A stretch of 64,000 nucleotides of DNA from Cladosporium halotolerans (GCF_011745625.1 NW_027191453.1:434001-498000); one strand, 5' to 3'. Counted from the stretch's first letter, positions 44,654-57,069 are shown. The notes: generated by a model not told the origin, from the sequence alone. Numbers and translations: made by a program.

Positions 44654-46334
44654 ATGGCGGACGCGATACATTGCCCCTGGTGTGGCTTGAAGAGCCGTGA
44701 CGGCTATGCGATCCAGCTGCATATCGAGGAAGAACACACTGACGACTCGCCGTTCAAGGTGACCGAGCGCTCTTCGGATCTTCCGTACCGCGGTGGCAGG
44801 TCAAGTCAAGCCGTCGACGACCGCCCGGATTCAAGCGGGTCATGGACTACATGTCCTCGTCGAGGATGTGGAGATCGCCTCCCTCCCAAAGAATTGGACG
44901 AGCACCTCGACTTGCACACTGTGATTACAGCTGTGCGAGATGGCGGACGAGTGCATCGCCGCCACAGCAGAAGGAGTTGGCGCGTCTCAGCTCGTGTGTT
45001 CGACGAGACTCCGGATGCGCTGCCACAGGTGTCGAGCGAGAAAGCAAGCTCTGAAGTGTCGGCGGCGCCTTCAGCGAAATCAAAATCATCGGCAAAGTCG
45101 TCAACAAAGTCGTCAACGATATCAGCGGCCAAATCATCCACGAAATCATCCGTGAAATCGTCCCCGCGATCATCAGCAACATCGCCAGCAAGATCATCCG
45201 CGTCAACAAAGTCTAGTAAGGCACCATCAACAGCATCAAAGTCATCGACCAAATCGTCTGGCAAATCCTCCACCTCCACAAAATCTGGAGCATCCAAAGT
45301 GTCAGCTTCGAGCGTGTCATCCGTGGGCAGCTCCGTAAGGCCCAAAGACACCCTCAAGGATCGCCAACCTGGTGGGAGACTAGGCACCAAAGAACTCGGG
45401 CCTTATGCATTCGAGAAATCGATGCCACTGCCGGTACGCCGCTGCCTCAAAAATGCTTCAAAGCCAAGCTACGAATGCCGCATCGGTCCATCTGGCAAGC
45501 TCATTCGCGACGCTATTGTGATCAAACAAACGCCTCGTCCGATACCCATACTCGCAGACCTCAGTGCCCTTGACCCGACGGTAGAGATTGCCTACTTCAG
45601 CCACAAAAGCGTCAAGCACGTTCACAAACTGAAGTGCGACGGCAATTTCTGCGGCTACTGGAACATTCAGATGCTGCTTTCCTATCGCCTCGCTAGAATC
45701 GAGGACCCAGCCCACTCAAGCCTGCCGTTGCCCAACGTTATAGACATACAAGACACCATCGAGGCAGCCTGGGACGCAGGTATCTGCACATTCGGGCGAA
45801 CAGAGACGGGGGGCATCCGCAATACACGCAAATGGATTGGCACGCACGAGGCTGCGGCCTATTTTCTACATCTCGGACAGCCAGTGACGGCACTCTCTTT
45901 CAGACGCTCGTCTAAATCCGACGCGCCTCCAGCTTACGTGCAGCTACTAGACTACATAGAAGCGTACTTCATCTCTGGCCTTGAGGATGCGGCCATCAAT
46001 GGCACGTCGAACATCACGCAGTTGCCGCCGATATACTTCCAGCGGCCAGGTCACTCGGTGACGATTGTTGGCATGGAGAGGAAACAAGACGGCGAGCGGG
46101 TTTTGCTCGTCTTTGATCCTAGTTTTGATGTGGCGGAAGTCATGCAGCAGCTTTCTGACGGGAGAGTGAGGCGCTCAAGGATAGAGACGCTCATGGCGCC
46201 TTTCAGACAGGATAGCGAGAAGTTGTCTCAGTGGACGGAATACGAAATACTGATGTGAGTCAATTTCGAAACGTGATCTGATCCATTTGGAGACTTGCTG
46301 ACTTTGTTTCGATAGACCAAGGGCCTCACGATAG
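44654..46334 (+). CDS. ZUP1/Mug105-like peptidase C78 (deubiquitinase-like) with two zinc fingers
   Basis: CPWC...HIEEEH and CPRRGC...EHLDLH fingers; catalytic GNFCGYWNIQML, KWIGTHEA, PPIYFQRPGHSVTIVG, LLVFDP; small terminal exon after an intron at ~46255-46315. Confidence 0.8.
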
Positions 46335-46526
46335 AGCTAGGACGGCTTGCCATACTCAATTGCGCGAGTGGACATAGACACATCGAACACTTAAATCAGT
46401 CCGCGGGCCGCGGAAGTGCCGCTCCCCCTAAAGAGAGAACATAGTGCTTGTAGCAAAGAAGTTAGACCGAAGCAAGTTCTTTACTCCCGTTCGTACAAGT
46501 ATGGTAGTAATATACATGATCTATAT

Positions 46527-48812
46527 CTACAAGAATCTTTGCGATTCGTTAGCAACATCCACAGACCCCTTCCTACCCTCCCACACCTTTACCGCGTCAG
46601 CAAACATATCCTTTGTCTGAATCTTACTCCTCAGCCTGGCGCACAGCAAGAAAGCTCCACTCAGCTTGCGGTGAAGACTGTAAGTCTCCTCTGGCGGCGG
46701 GGCCATGCGCTCTCGCAGCATCAAGCCAATGTTCGCGCGCACGCGGTCTGTGATCGTCTGGCCCTCGAAATCGTATACCTTTGGCGCGCTCTCCGTGAAT
46801 GGCTCGATAAGCGTCAGGATCGAGTCGACGTGGGCAGCAAGCATAGCCTCGCTTTCGTGGCCGGTGAGATAGCCGAGCTGGATGCTGAGGTCGCGGCAGG
46901 CTGCGCGGTCACCCTTGCTCGCAGCGATGAGCAGCGAGACGTAGGGCTCGACGAATTTGGCCGGGAAGTCGCGGCTGGCGCCAAAGTCGAGCAGCTCGAG
47001 CTTCTTAGTGGAGCGGTTGTAAAGGAAGTTGGTCCAGTTTGGGTCAGTCTGCATGAAGCGCCACTCCATCAGTTCGCGCAGGCAAAGGCGCAGGATGTTG
47101 GTACCGATCCAGTCGCGCTCGGTCTGGTTGAGGTCAGAGATCTTGGTGACTGCTTTCCCGGTCATGAATTCCGCAGTCAGGACGTCGGGTCCGCAGGCTT
47201 CAGGGTAGATCTCGGGAACGGCGAAGGTGGTTTGCTCTTGGTCGAGGAGCTGCTTGAAGCGGATGCAGGCCTCGGCCTCGCGCTCGTAGTCGCATTCCCA
47301 ACCTAGCTCAGTGCGGGCGTTGGCAATTGTCTTTTCCAGGTAGAGGCCTTTGGGAAGGAGACGGCTGGCTGTGAGGAGGAGGGAGAGGTTGTTGAGATCG
47401 GAGTCGATGCTGTTCCTAACACCAGGATACTGGACCTTGACAGCAACCTCTTTGCCGTTCGACGCCAGAGTGGCCTTGTGTACTTGGCCTATGGAAGCCG
47501 CGGCGAATGGCCGCTCTTCAAAGTCTGCATACAGATCTCGCCAGTTCTCTCCAAGACTCCGCACGAGTACTTGATTCCGTTGTGAAGGAGGCATATAGTC
47601 TGCGCTGTCTTGTACTCTCTGCAGGATTGTGTTGATCGTCTCAGGTAGCACTTTCGAGTCCTGGAAACTCATCATCTGGCCCAGCTTGAGCGCCGCTCCT
47701 CTCATCTTGCTCAACTTGGCCACGAGTCGGTTCATGTTTCCCTCGCTGAGCATGAGACTGCCGTCAGCTCCATTGCCTGTGAAACGCTTGAAACCCTCTC
47801 CCACAGCGCCAAACGCCATGCTTGTCGCCAAACCTCCGTACTGCCAGAGCCTGCCGAATCTCGATTCTGGCACTCGTGATTCCCGCATCTCGTATGGCGA
47901 TTGTGATTGTCCTCCTGAAGGCACCTTCCCTTCTGATGTCTCCGCAGCCGAATCCTGAATAATAGATTGCGCCAGCTTCTCAGTCTCCGCATCAGTTGTC
48001 GCACCACCAAACGGCGATGCCTCCGACGGTTTAGCAGCCACTGGCTCAGCATCCACACTCGCCGGCTGGTGATTCCTCTTCTCCATAGCCGCAACCATCT
48101 CAGGCAAAGGCTTCGCAGCCATCTTCTTCCTCCCAGCGTACGGGTTCACCCTGTCCCCGTCCGCCCTCCCCAGCGCCCTCGAAACCTTCGAGCTGTTGAA
48201 AATATCCAAATTCACGCCCTCCGGTACCTCCTCATCCCCCGCCTCCGCCTTCGCAGAATAATACACATCCTGATTCAGCCCTTCCTCCCGCACATGCGCA
48301 TCTCCGCCCTGCCCATCCGCAACCCTCTTCGGCAACTTCACCCTCGGCAGCGACGACAGCTCCGGACTCACGCTCCCGCCCCTCTGACTAAACGTATCCC
48401 TCCCCCCCACAACCTCCTCCCCGCCAGCACCATCCGCCTCAACCCCCGGAATCTGCTCCTCCGCCTCCCGCTGCGCCCTCCTCCTCGCCAAACCCTCCTC
48501 CTCACCCCCAGCTCTCCACCCATCCCCACTCGCACTGCTCCCTCGCAAAATCTCATCCCGCACCCTCTCCTTCGCTCCCCTCATCCCCTCATCCCAAGCG
48601 GGCTTCGCATCCTTCTCCCCAACGCGGCGCGCGAGCTGCCACGCCGCGCCGGCGGTGACCGTGACGCGGTCGGACTGGTCTTTGAGGGCGCGGCCGAGGC
48701 CGGAGTGCGCCCAGACGCGCAGTTGGGAGCGGCGCAGGGACAGGTGGGCGGATGCGACGCGGCGGGCGGCGGAGGCGAGGTGGGCGGCGTCGAGGAGGCG
48801 TTTGCCGGACAT
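46527..48812 (-). CDS. COQ8: Atypical kinase Coq8/ABC1 (ubiquinone biosynthesis)
   Basis: MRGAALKLGQMMSFQD (KxGQ), PFAAASIGQVH, VAVKVQYPGV, MQTDPNWTNF, LLDFGASR, PPEETYSLHRKLSG. Confidence 0.93.
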   Translation of the reverse strand: MSGKRLLDAAHLASAARRVASAHLSLRRSQLRVWAHSGLGRALKDQSDRVTVTAGAAWQLARRVGEKDAKPAWDEGMRGAKERVRDEILRGSSASGDGWRAGGEEEGLARRRAQREAEEQIPGVEADGAGGEEVVGGRDTFSQRGGSVSPELSSLPRVKLPKRVADGQGGDAHVREEGLNQDVYYSAKAEAGDEEVPEGVNLDIFNSSKVSRALGRADGDRVNPYAGRKKMAAKPLPEMVAAMEKRNHQPASVDAEPVAAKPSEASPFGGATTDAETEKLAQSIIQDSAAETSEGKVPSGGQSQSPYEMRESRVPESRFGRLWQYGGLATSMAFGAVGEGFKRFTGNGADGSLMLSEGNMNRLVAKLSKMRGAALKLGQMMSFQDSKVLPETINTILQRVQDSADYMPPSQRNQVLVRSLGENWRDLYADFEERPFAAASIGQVHKATLASNGKEVAVKVQYPGVRNSIDSDLNNLSLLLTASRLLPKGLYLEKTIANARTELGWECDYEREAEACIRFKQLLDQEQTTFAVPEIYPEACGPDVLTAEFMTGKAVTKISDLNQTERDWIGTNILRLCLRELMEWRFMQTDPNWTNFLYNRSTKKLELLDFGASRDFPAKFVEPYVSLLIAASKGDRAACRDLSIQLGYLTGHESEAMLAAHVDSILTLIEPFTESAPKVYDFEGQTITDRVRANIGLMLRERMAPPPEETYSLHRKLSGAFLLCARLRSKIQTKDMFADAVKVWEGRKGSVDVANESQRFL

Positions 48813-49513
48813 TTTTGGGCTGGGTTCTGGGTGGGATTCGTGCCGTTGTAAATGCCGAGATTAGGCGGTAGTGATGTATTGGGAGATCATATCATTTTGG
48901 GCTGTTGTTTTGTTAGAGAGGGCGCGGCGTTGGAGAGTGATGTTCGATGTTGTAGGATTGGGAAAGTTGAAGCCCTGCATTGAGCAAAATCCCGGGCCCC
49001 GAGTGACCTCATGATCGACTTCCAGGCAGTATCACAACGTACCAGTCTAGCTCATGAATATTGATGAGAAAAAAGCAGTGCACTGATTCAACCGATGGTG
49101 TTGCTGATTCACACGGGCAGTTCAAGACAAAACGTAGACAGACCAGAGAAATGTAGGTAAATAGTACAGAACTTTGCTCGCTATCAAATACACGGTTAAG
49201 TTATATAATACACAAAACCCAGCCCCCACGCCGCGCCATGCAACAGAGTCAATACGCGCAAAGAGCGGAGAGAGACAAGAGTTTTTCGAAAAAGGAAGAA
49301 GACTCATCTTCTCTTCCCTTCCTTCTTCTTTCCCTTCGTAATCGTGACAGACGGAGAAGGCGGTTGTCCAGAAATACAGCTTTTGGGTTTGGTGTGGTGT
49401 GTTTTTCTTGTTTTGTACACGTCTCGCGGGGGTATCATGTGGGTGGAACCTGAATCAGTTCCAAGGCATCAGAGGGGGTCGAACACTTCCTAAGCTTGCT
49501 CGCGATGTCAAGC

Positions 49514-50648
49514 TTAGAACATGCCGCCGCCCATGCCGCCCATACCGCCCATGCCACCAGGCATGCCACCCATAGGCGGGGCGGCGCCGGCGGGCTCGGG
49601 AGCGTCGACGATGGCGACCTCAGTGGTACCGAGGAGAGAGGCGACGCCAGAGGCGTCCATGAGACCGGTGCGGACGACCTTGAAGGGGTCGAGGATACCG
49701 GCGGCGATCATGTCGACGTACTCGCCCTTGGAGGAGTCGAAGCCCTTGTTGAAGTCACCGCCAAACTCGTCCATGAGCTTGCCGACGACGACGGAGCCCT
49801 CGGTGCCGGCGTTCTCGACGATGGTGCGGGCGGGGCGGGTGATGGCGGACTTGACGATGGAGACACCGAGCTGCTGGTCGAAGTTGGCGGGCTTGATGTC
49901 GTTGAGGGCGTTGGCGGCGGCCTTGAGGAGGGCAGTGCCACCACCGGGGAGGATACCCTCCTCAACGGCGGCGCGAGTGGCGTTGAGAGCGTCGACCATG
50001 CGGTCCTTCTTCTCGCCGACCTCGACCTCGGAGGCACCGCCGACCTTGATGACGGCGACACCACCAGAGAGCTTGGCGAGGCGCTCCTGGAGCTTCTCCT
50101 TCTCGTAGTCGCTGGTGGTGGGGTCGTTCATGACGCCGCGGATCTGCTCGCAGCGCTGAGCGACGGCGTCCTTGTTGCCCTCACCGTTCAGGATGACGGT
50201 GTCCTCCTTAGTGATGGTGATGGAGCCAGTAGAGCCGAGCATGTCGGCGGTGGCCTTCTCGAGCTTGATGTCGAGCTCGTCGGTGAAAACGGTACCGTTG
50301 GTGAGGACACCGAGATCGCCGAGGATGCTCTTGCGGTTGTCACCGAAGCCGGGGGCCTTGACGGCAGCGACCTGGAGCTGGCCACGGAGCTTGTTGAGGA
50401 TGCAGACGGCGAGAGCCTCACCCTCGATGTCCTCAGCAATGATGACCAGGGGCCTCCTCAGCTGCTGGGAGGCCTCGAGGGCGGGGACGATGTCCTGGAC
50501 GGCAGAGATCTTCTTCTCAGAGAGGAGGATGAGGGGCTTCTCAAACTCGACCTTCTGGGCCTTGGTGTCGGTGATGAAGTAGGGAGAGATGAAGCCACGG
50601 TCGAACTTCATGCCCTCGGTGACCTCAAGCTCGTCCTCAATGGTCTTG

Positions 50649-50685
<37 letters not shown>

Positions 50686-50840
50686 TCTCCATGGCGTTGG
50701 AGAGGAGCTTGCCGATGTGCTGGTCGCCGTTGGCGGAGATGGTGGCGACCTGGCCGATCTCGTCGCTTGTGGTGATATCGCGCTTGTTGGCCTCGAGGTA
50801 CTTGACGACGGCCTCGACGGCAGCCTGGGTACCTCTCCTC

Positions 50841-50875
<35 letters not shown>

Positions 50876-50900
50876 GACGGTCTCGGAGAAGATGGCGCGA

Positions 50901-50936
<36 letters not shown>

Positions 50937-51330
50937 ACCTCGTTGGTCTTGCTGGCAACGTCCTGGAGGAGGCGCGCACCGAGGTTCTCGAACTTGTCCT
51001 TGAGGGAGACAGCGCGGGCGACGGTCACACCATCCTTGGTGATCTTGGGGGAGCCGAAGCTGGACTCGATCAGGACATTGCGGCCCTTGGGACCGAGGGT
51101 GGTGGCCACCGCCTTTGCGAGGGTGTCAACACCCTGGAGGAGAGATTGCCTGCCCTCGACGCCGAACTTGAGCTCCTGTAATATCCGAATCAGTATCCGC
51201 CATTCGCATGCTCTTGCTCTTGCCGGCGCTGTCGTACCTTGTGCGCGAATCTCTGCTGGACGAGGGAACCAGAGTTGACCCTGGTGGTGCGAAGGGCCGC
51301 CCTCGGGGCGGAAGCGAAAGCACGCTGCAT
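49514..51330 (-). CDS. HSP60: Mitochondrial chaperonin Hsp60
   Basis: Presequence [16 protein letters not shown]...RFAHK, intron ~51176-51237, [24 protein letters not shown]-repeat tail; strong codon bias. Confidence 0.98.
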
Positions 51331-51995
51331 GATGGAGGGAATAGAAAGGAAGGTATTAGAGTATAATGGCAAACAACTCCGCTGCTCCAAGGGACGATCG
51401 GGACACGTGGGAGGGTGGAGGAGATGGAAGGGGGATGGAGATGGTTATGAGATGGGTCCTGGGAAACGGAGGCTCTTGAGTTGTTACTGGAAGAATCCAT
51501 CGGAAAGAATTGTGCTGGCCGAATGGCGGCCCGAGCTTCCTCGGTTCCGCAGACACCGAACATGGCAGCTTTGGTAATACAGAGTTCTAGACTTTGCGCA
51601 AGTGTACGCATTGACGGGGATAGTGGTGTTGAAGGAAGTTATGGTCAAAAAATGCGACACAAATAGTGGTCTTCCTGGGTGTCTGATGTGTCGTGGCGGG
51701 TCAAGTCTTTCTGTGTCCGGTTGACATAGCATCTTCACGAACTTCAGGGACGATCAAACCTTCGTCCAGATTGCATTTCTTGCCAGACAACTAGACGCAA
51801 ACCAATACGTTGCTATTCCGATCGTTCTCACCTTCGGCTTGAACTAGCTAACGCCAGATGCTGTACTCTCCAATCAATTGCTGATACCAGACCTGGAACA
51901 CCGCCACCCAGCAGGCCCGACCATGCGCATTCGTCCGTAAGTCCGAAAACAATGCTTCATACACCGGCGCCGCATGACAACAGTCTGAAATGCAC

Positions 51996-52469
51996 TCAGT
52001 GCTGCATCCAGTCAGTCTTGTTCAATCACGATGCTTCAACAAACGAGGCGAACTCACGTCGACGTCTTCCCACGCGCGCCCTTGAACATTCGCAAGCTCC
52101 TCCATCGTCATGATCTTACCAGTGGTGACTGGAAATAAGTCAGCACACATATCGTAAGAGAGAAAGCGAGGGAAAACGCACAGTAACCCGCGTGAATCTT
52201 CGCGTCGATCTCAACACGACTGTCCTCCGGAATCATCTCATCGGGAATCGGCACTCTCTCATGGATCGGAATTCCCTGCTCGACGATCGCGTCGTGCTTC
52301 ATGTTCGACATACTAAGCATGCGATCGATCTTCTGAATACCCAGCCAGTGCAGGATATCCGGCATCAGAGCCTGGAAGCGCATATCCTTGACGCCGGCAA
52401 TGTTCTCCGTGCGCTTAAAGTACTCCGACGCCTTGTCCGTGCCGCGCTTGCGCGCGTTGTACACGAGAT

Positions 52470-52512
<43 letters not shown>

Positions 52513-53727
52513 GATGACGACTCCCGAGCCGCCCTTCTGCGCCTCCTTGACGGCCTCCTCGATGCCGAAGATCAGGTACGGCCGGCAGGTGCAGATGTCG
52601 GAGCCGAAGACGTCGGACCCGTTGCACTCGTCGTGCACGCGCAGCGCCAGTTTGACGTCCGGGTTGCTCATCTTGGCCGGGTCGCCGAAGCAGTAGACCG
52701 TCAGGCCGCCGATGGGCGGCAGGAACGTCTTGATGTCGCCGCGCGTGATGAGCTCTGGGTAGCTGCCGCCGGTGTGCTCGAAGAGCGAGCGGCGGAGGGT
52801 GCCTTCGTCGATTCCGAAGCGTTCCGCCACGCCGGGCAGGTTCCAGACGGGCTCGACGGCGAATTTGGTCACGTTCAGCTCGCCGGTTTCGTTGAGGCAG
52901 ATCTTGCCGTCGGGGACGAGGCGGCCTTTGCGCACGCTTTCTTCGAGCTCAGGGAGCTTCATGTGGGCTTTGGTGACGGCGATGGTGGGTCGGATTTCGA
53001 TATTTTCTTTTTGGATCAGGTCTTTAAATAGCCAAGGTGCCAGGTGACCGAGGGGGTCCATCGCAACGATCTTCTTGGGGTCTGACCAGGCGGGGAATGG
53101 CCCGATGTTAGCAGCAGGTTCCGTGTTAGTGAAGTCAGGTTTGTGGTCAGTGTTAAGTTGTTGAGATCCAACGGCCAGAGCGTAGTAGATGCTGTAGGAG
53201 CCGCCGTGGGCGCCAATGGCATTGCGTCTGCGGATGGTTGATGGGCTGCGAGTGACAATGACGGGACCTCTCTCCTTCGGATCCTTCGCACCTAATTCGT
53301 ATGTGAGTAGACATGACTATGATGCCACAACAATGCTAGACTCACCCCATTTCAAGGGTATGGGATCTACACCAGCTTGACCGGGGTAAGAAGTCAGGAT
53401 GATCTTGGAAGTCGTGCTGGCCCTCCGACCAGGTGGCGGCGAAGTAGCTTGTGTCTGGTCGGCACCTTCGTCCTTGGAAACGCCGTCTAACGAATTGAGA
53501 GCTGCCTTCGCGTCGTCGGCTTTGGGAGCGATCGTCGGACTCGGAAGGGTTGCATCATGAGCGATGCCATCCTGGATCTGTTTGATCCCGGCAAGAGTGT
53601 TGACACGTCCGTTGATGGCATCGACGGCCGATGCAAGCTGAGAGTGGTCTTGCTTGAGGGATCTGAGAGACGAGAGAATCTCTTGAAGGATACCAGTCGT
53701 GTCTGTAGGCTCGCCGTTGCTGGTCAT
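51996..53727 (-). CDS. URG1: GTP cyclohydrolase II-like uracil-regulated protein (Urg1/Urc1)
   Basis: KIILTSYPGQ, RRNAIGAHGGSYSIYYALAV, RVHDECNGSDVFGSDICTCRPYL, RKEGRALGEVTKYLVYNARKR, DMRFQALMPD; introns near 53291-53343, 52130-52182 and 52002-52057; ends GRAWEDVDH*. Confidence 0.9.
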
Positions 53728-54240
53728 GTTGACGTCGGATGAGAGGTGTCGAAGAGCGATTGAGGGAGTACTCTAAGGTATATATGGCAATGGAATAAGA
53801 ATGTTTGCCTCGCACAAAGCAAGCGCGATATCTCGTCCGGGCGGTGGGGGATAGTCTGGATACGATTGTCACAAAGGTGAAGTCAGGTGTCTAAAGGATC
53901 TACAGGTCTACTGCAGCAGCCAAGAATATAAGGATGGCGGTATCTTCGGCTATCGTCAAAGCATAAGATACGGGTATCGATAGAGTAAGGCAATCTGGCC
54001 TCCCCCAGCGTGTCGACCAACCCCTCTCGATAACACCGCATGGAGCTGGCCGGCCGCAGGCGTGCCTCGCGTGCCTGACAACGAACCCCACATCCCGCCT
54101 CGGCCTAGTGGCCGGCCGATCCCGCCCGGCTTGCATATGACGCGGGCGCGTTTGGAACTTGAATTGTTCCATTCTTTGATTGTCTGATCTGACCTGACTT
54201 CACCACAAACACACACCTGCGCTTGCAAACCTCTCTGATC

Positions 54241-54816
54241 ATGGTATGCTTGTCGCGTGAAGGCTAGCGATGCGATTATCAATACTGACGTGTTCTAGGG
54301 CAAACGCAAGAGCTCGTCCAAGCCTCAGGGCCCCAAGAAGGTATGCGCCAGCCTGCGCCAGCAACAAAGACTTGTATACTTACACCTGCTCATAGCGCGA
54401 AGTACTTGCGACCAAGTTCAAGTGCGTCTTCTGTAACACGGAAGACTCCATCTCGACCAAGATCGACAAGAAGGCCGGCGTCGCCAGCTTGTCCTGCAGC
54501 AACTGCGTGCAGAGCTACCAGATGTCCGCCAACTGTGCGTGCCGCCTAGCGCATGAAATGATGAGCGCCTGCGCTGACTGTGCACTCAGATCTGACACAG
54601 CCCGTGGACGTTTACTACGACTGGATCGACGCCTGCGACGCCGTCGCGCAGGAGCAGAACCCGCAGCCCGCTTCCTCACAACCCGCCATGCCCCGAGTAC
54701 ACCAGCCAAAATCGCGTGCCGGCCTTGCGCCCGGCGAGAAAATCACTGCCGAGGACGACGGGTTCATCGATGACGAGGGCGTAGAGGAGGAGGAAGATTT
54801 CCGGGATGAAGAGTAA
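54241..54816 (+). CDS. ELF1: Transcription elongation factor Elf1, 4 exons
   Basis: ATG-only first exon; spliced MGKRKSSSKPQGPKKREVLATKFKCVFCN...CSNC...YLTQPVDVYYDWIDACD with acidic tail. Confidence 0.9.
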
Positions 54817-56250
54817 TGAAGCCACCAGGCCGGGGACTGAATGTGGAGGATGAAAGAAAGGCGCGTTGACAGCATTTCCGGAGTCTCAAAAGGAGTACGG
54901 CGAACAGGCCCTGTCTGGAGCGTCTCGAAGACGACGTCAGACAACAACAAGGGTGGTTTGGTTAGCATGGCGTTTCGGCAGTTTCCTCTTCAAGGACCGG
55001 TGATGAAACCTTTTAGCGAGGGCGGCATTTGACGGCCAAGTCAACTTTATACCAGGTATTCGAATGCTATCTGCATGAGCGTCAAAAGTACAACATCTCA
55101 GCAAGCAGCCTTCTCTCCCATTTCGCCTTGGCGGCTAGACCAATGAGATGAACAACTCAATTCCGCACCTGTAGCCTTCACGTACCGTAAGCAAGAAAGC
55201 TGCAAGCATGAATGGAATTTTGACAGGTTCGCTTCTTTGATGAACACCTGTACGCTAGAGCTGCAGCCAGCTACATTGAGAATGCTGCACAGATCATCGC
55301 ACCACAGCAGGGCCGCATGGCATCGCTGTCACATGTCAACCCGGGCGGCTCCGTCGCAGACTCGTCGCAGACGCGGCTACATGCACAGAAGCATGCGACT
55401 GGCTTTGTACAAGCTGATTCATGTACAACAATGTAGATATAGTATCGGTGCAATGCAAGGATCGACTGCGATTTGCCAGCGGTGCCGTGCCGTCCTTGCG
55501 CCATGCCGGTGGACACGAACGTTAGGCTATAGGCGGATGGTTGTTCGAGAACGCGCGATCGGTGGGCCGAAGACAGTCGCAGCACCCGATGTGCCTTGTC
55601 CGGCTTTGGTCCTTTCTCGGACGCCACCAAGCGCAGGGCAAAATGGCAGCGAGGCGTGCAAGGCTGGAGTTTCGCGGTGTCATGGTGGCTACGCGGCGTG
55701 GCTGGCAGGTCCTCACGGCGGTCCTTGCTCGCATGCATGGCCGCGGGGCGAGGGGCGCTGACCGCAACTTGCCTGCTTCTCCGAGTACGGGAAGTAATTG
55801 ACGATGGCTACCTCAAGGTATACCAGCAGTCGCGACACTCTGCTGCCACGCACGTCGTCGGTAAAGGGCGCACGATAGATTGCATGCTGTCTCTCGCCTA
55901 CGCACCACACCCTCTCACGTCCAGCCGCCCGTTGCACGACACAATCGTTGCTGCCCGATCCATCGTTTCCCATCCAGAAATTTGTTGCGGCATTAAAGCC
56001 ATCGGCGACATAGTTTGGTTCGCGCACTCGGGCCGGCGCAGCGAAGGGCTCTGACGTCTCGCGCCCGCATGTGATCGCATCTGCCCATGTCCCTTCGCCT
56101 CTCCCTCCGCAAAACAGCGTGACAGCTCCCTCAATGCCCTGAGCGAGCCGCAGAGCGCATTCCGAGTCTCCCTCCATCCCACCACCACGCGCGCGTCCGC
56201 TAGAGGCCCCCTCTGCGTCTTATCGCCTCCACACGCCACACAACCCCACC

Positions 56251-57069
56251 ATGCCGCCCCAGCAGAAGCAGCGCAAGATGGCCATTGTCGGCAGCAGGTC
56301 TGTCGGTAAGCTAGAACAGCCCTCTTCCTGCTCGTCTCCGTCCTGCCATGTCCACATACACCATGACCAACAGAACAAAAACAACCTCTGACAACCCTCG
56401 CCTTCCTCAGGCAAATCCTCCCTCACCGTGCAATATGTCGACGGCCACTTCGTCGACTCCTACTACCCCACGATCGAGAACACGTTCAGCAAAGTGATCC
56501 GCTACCGCAACCACGACTTCGCCGTCGAGATGATCGACACCGCCGGCCAGGACGAGTACAGCATCCTCAACTCCAAGCACTTCATTGGCATCCACGGCTA
56601 CATGATCGTCTACTCCGTCGGCAGCAAGCAGTCCTTTGAAATGGTCCGCATTATCAGGGACAAGATCCTGAACCACCTGGTAAGCTTTTGTCTTGCTTTT
56701 TATCTGTTAACGCGCAGTGTTCCCTTAGCCACTTTACCTCCCTTTGCCCATACCGTCCACCCGCACTCCCTCCTTCCCCGCCAACTCCCCTCCAAAACCC
56801 CCCAAACTAACCTCCCACCCCACCAGGGCGCGGACACCGTCCCCCTCACGATCGTCGGCAACAAATCCGACCTGCGCCCCGAGCAGCGCCAAGTGACCCT
56901 CGCGGACGGCAAGAAGCTCGCCGAGGAGCTGGGCTGCGGCTTCACGGAGGCCAGCGCGCGGTACAACGAGAACGTCGGGCGCGCCTTCGAGGGCATGATC
57001 GCGGAGATCGAGAAGGGCCAGGAGGCCGGCCAGCCGAAGGAGGGGAACGCGAAGTGTGCTGTCATGTGA
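56251..57069 (+). CDS. RHB1: Rheb small GTPase
   Basis: KMAIVGSRSVGKSS (Rheb-type Arg in the P-loop), YYPTIENTF, DTAGQDEY, NKSD, SAR, CAAX box CAVM; introns ~56306-56410 and 56680-56826. Confidence 0.95.

Noticed and set aside
46416..48851. Plus-strand ORFs of 296 and 294 aa over COQ8
   Set aside because: Antisense shadows; the Pro/Leu/Arg-rich content follows from the local C-rich skew.
49496..51181. 561-aa antisense ORF over HSP60
   Set aside because: Expected shadow of extreme codon bias in a highly expressed gene; it mirrors the HSP60 exon and has no recognisable motif.
51331..51800. Heat-shock element upstream of HSP60
   Set aside because: Only imperfect nTTCnnGAAn units; no three correctly spaced repeats.
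52192..53031. 279-aa plus-strand ORF over URG1
   Set aside because: Antisense to a well-supported GC-rich gene.
53730..54240. Shared uracil-responsive CGG-N6-CCG site in the URG1 and UPRT promoters
   Set aside because: Only CGG-N8-CCG and unrelated CGG words were seen; no common motif.
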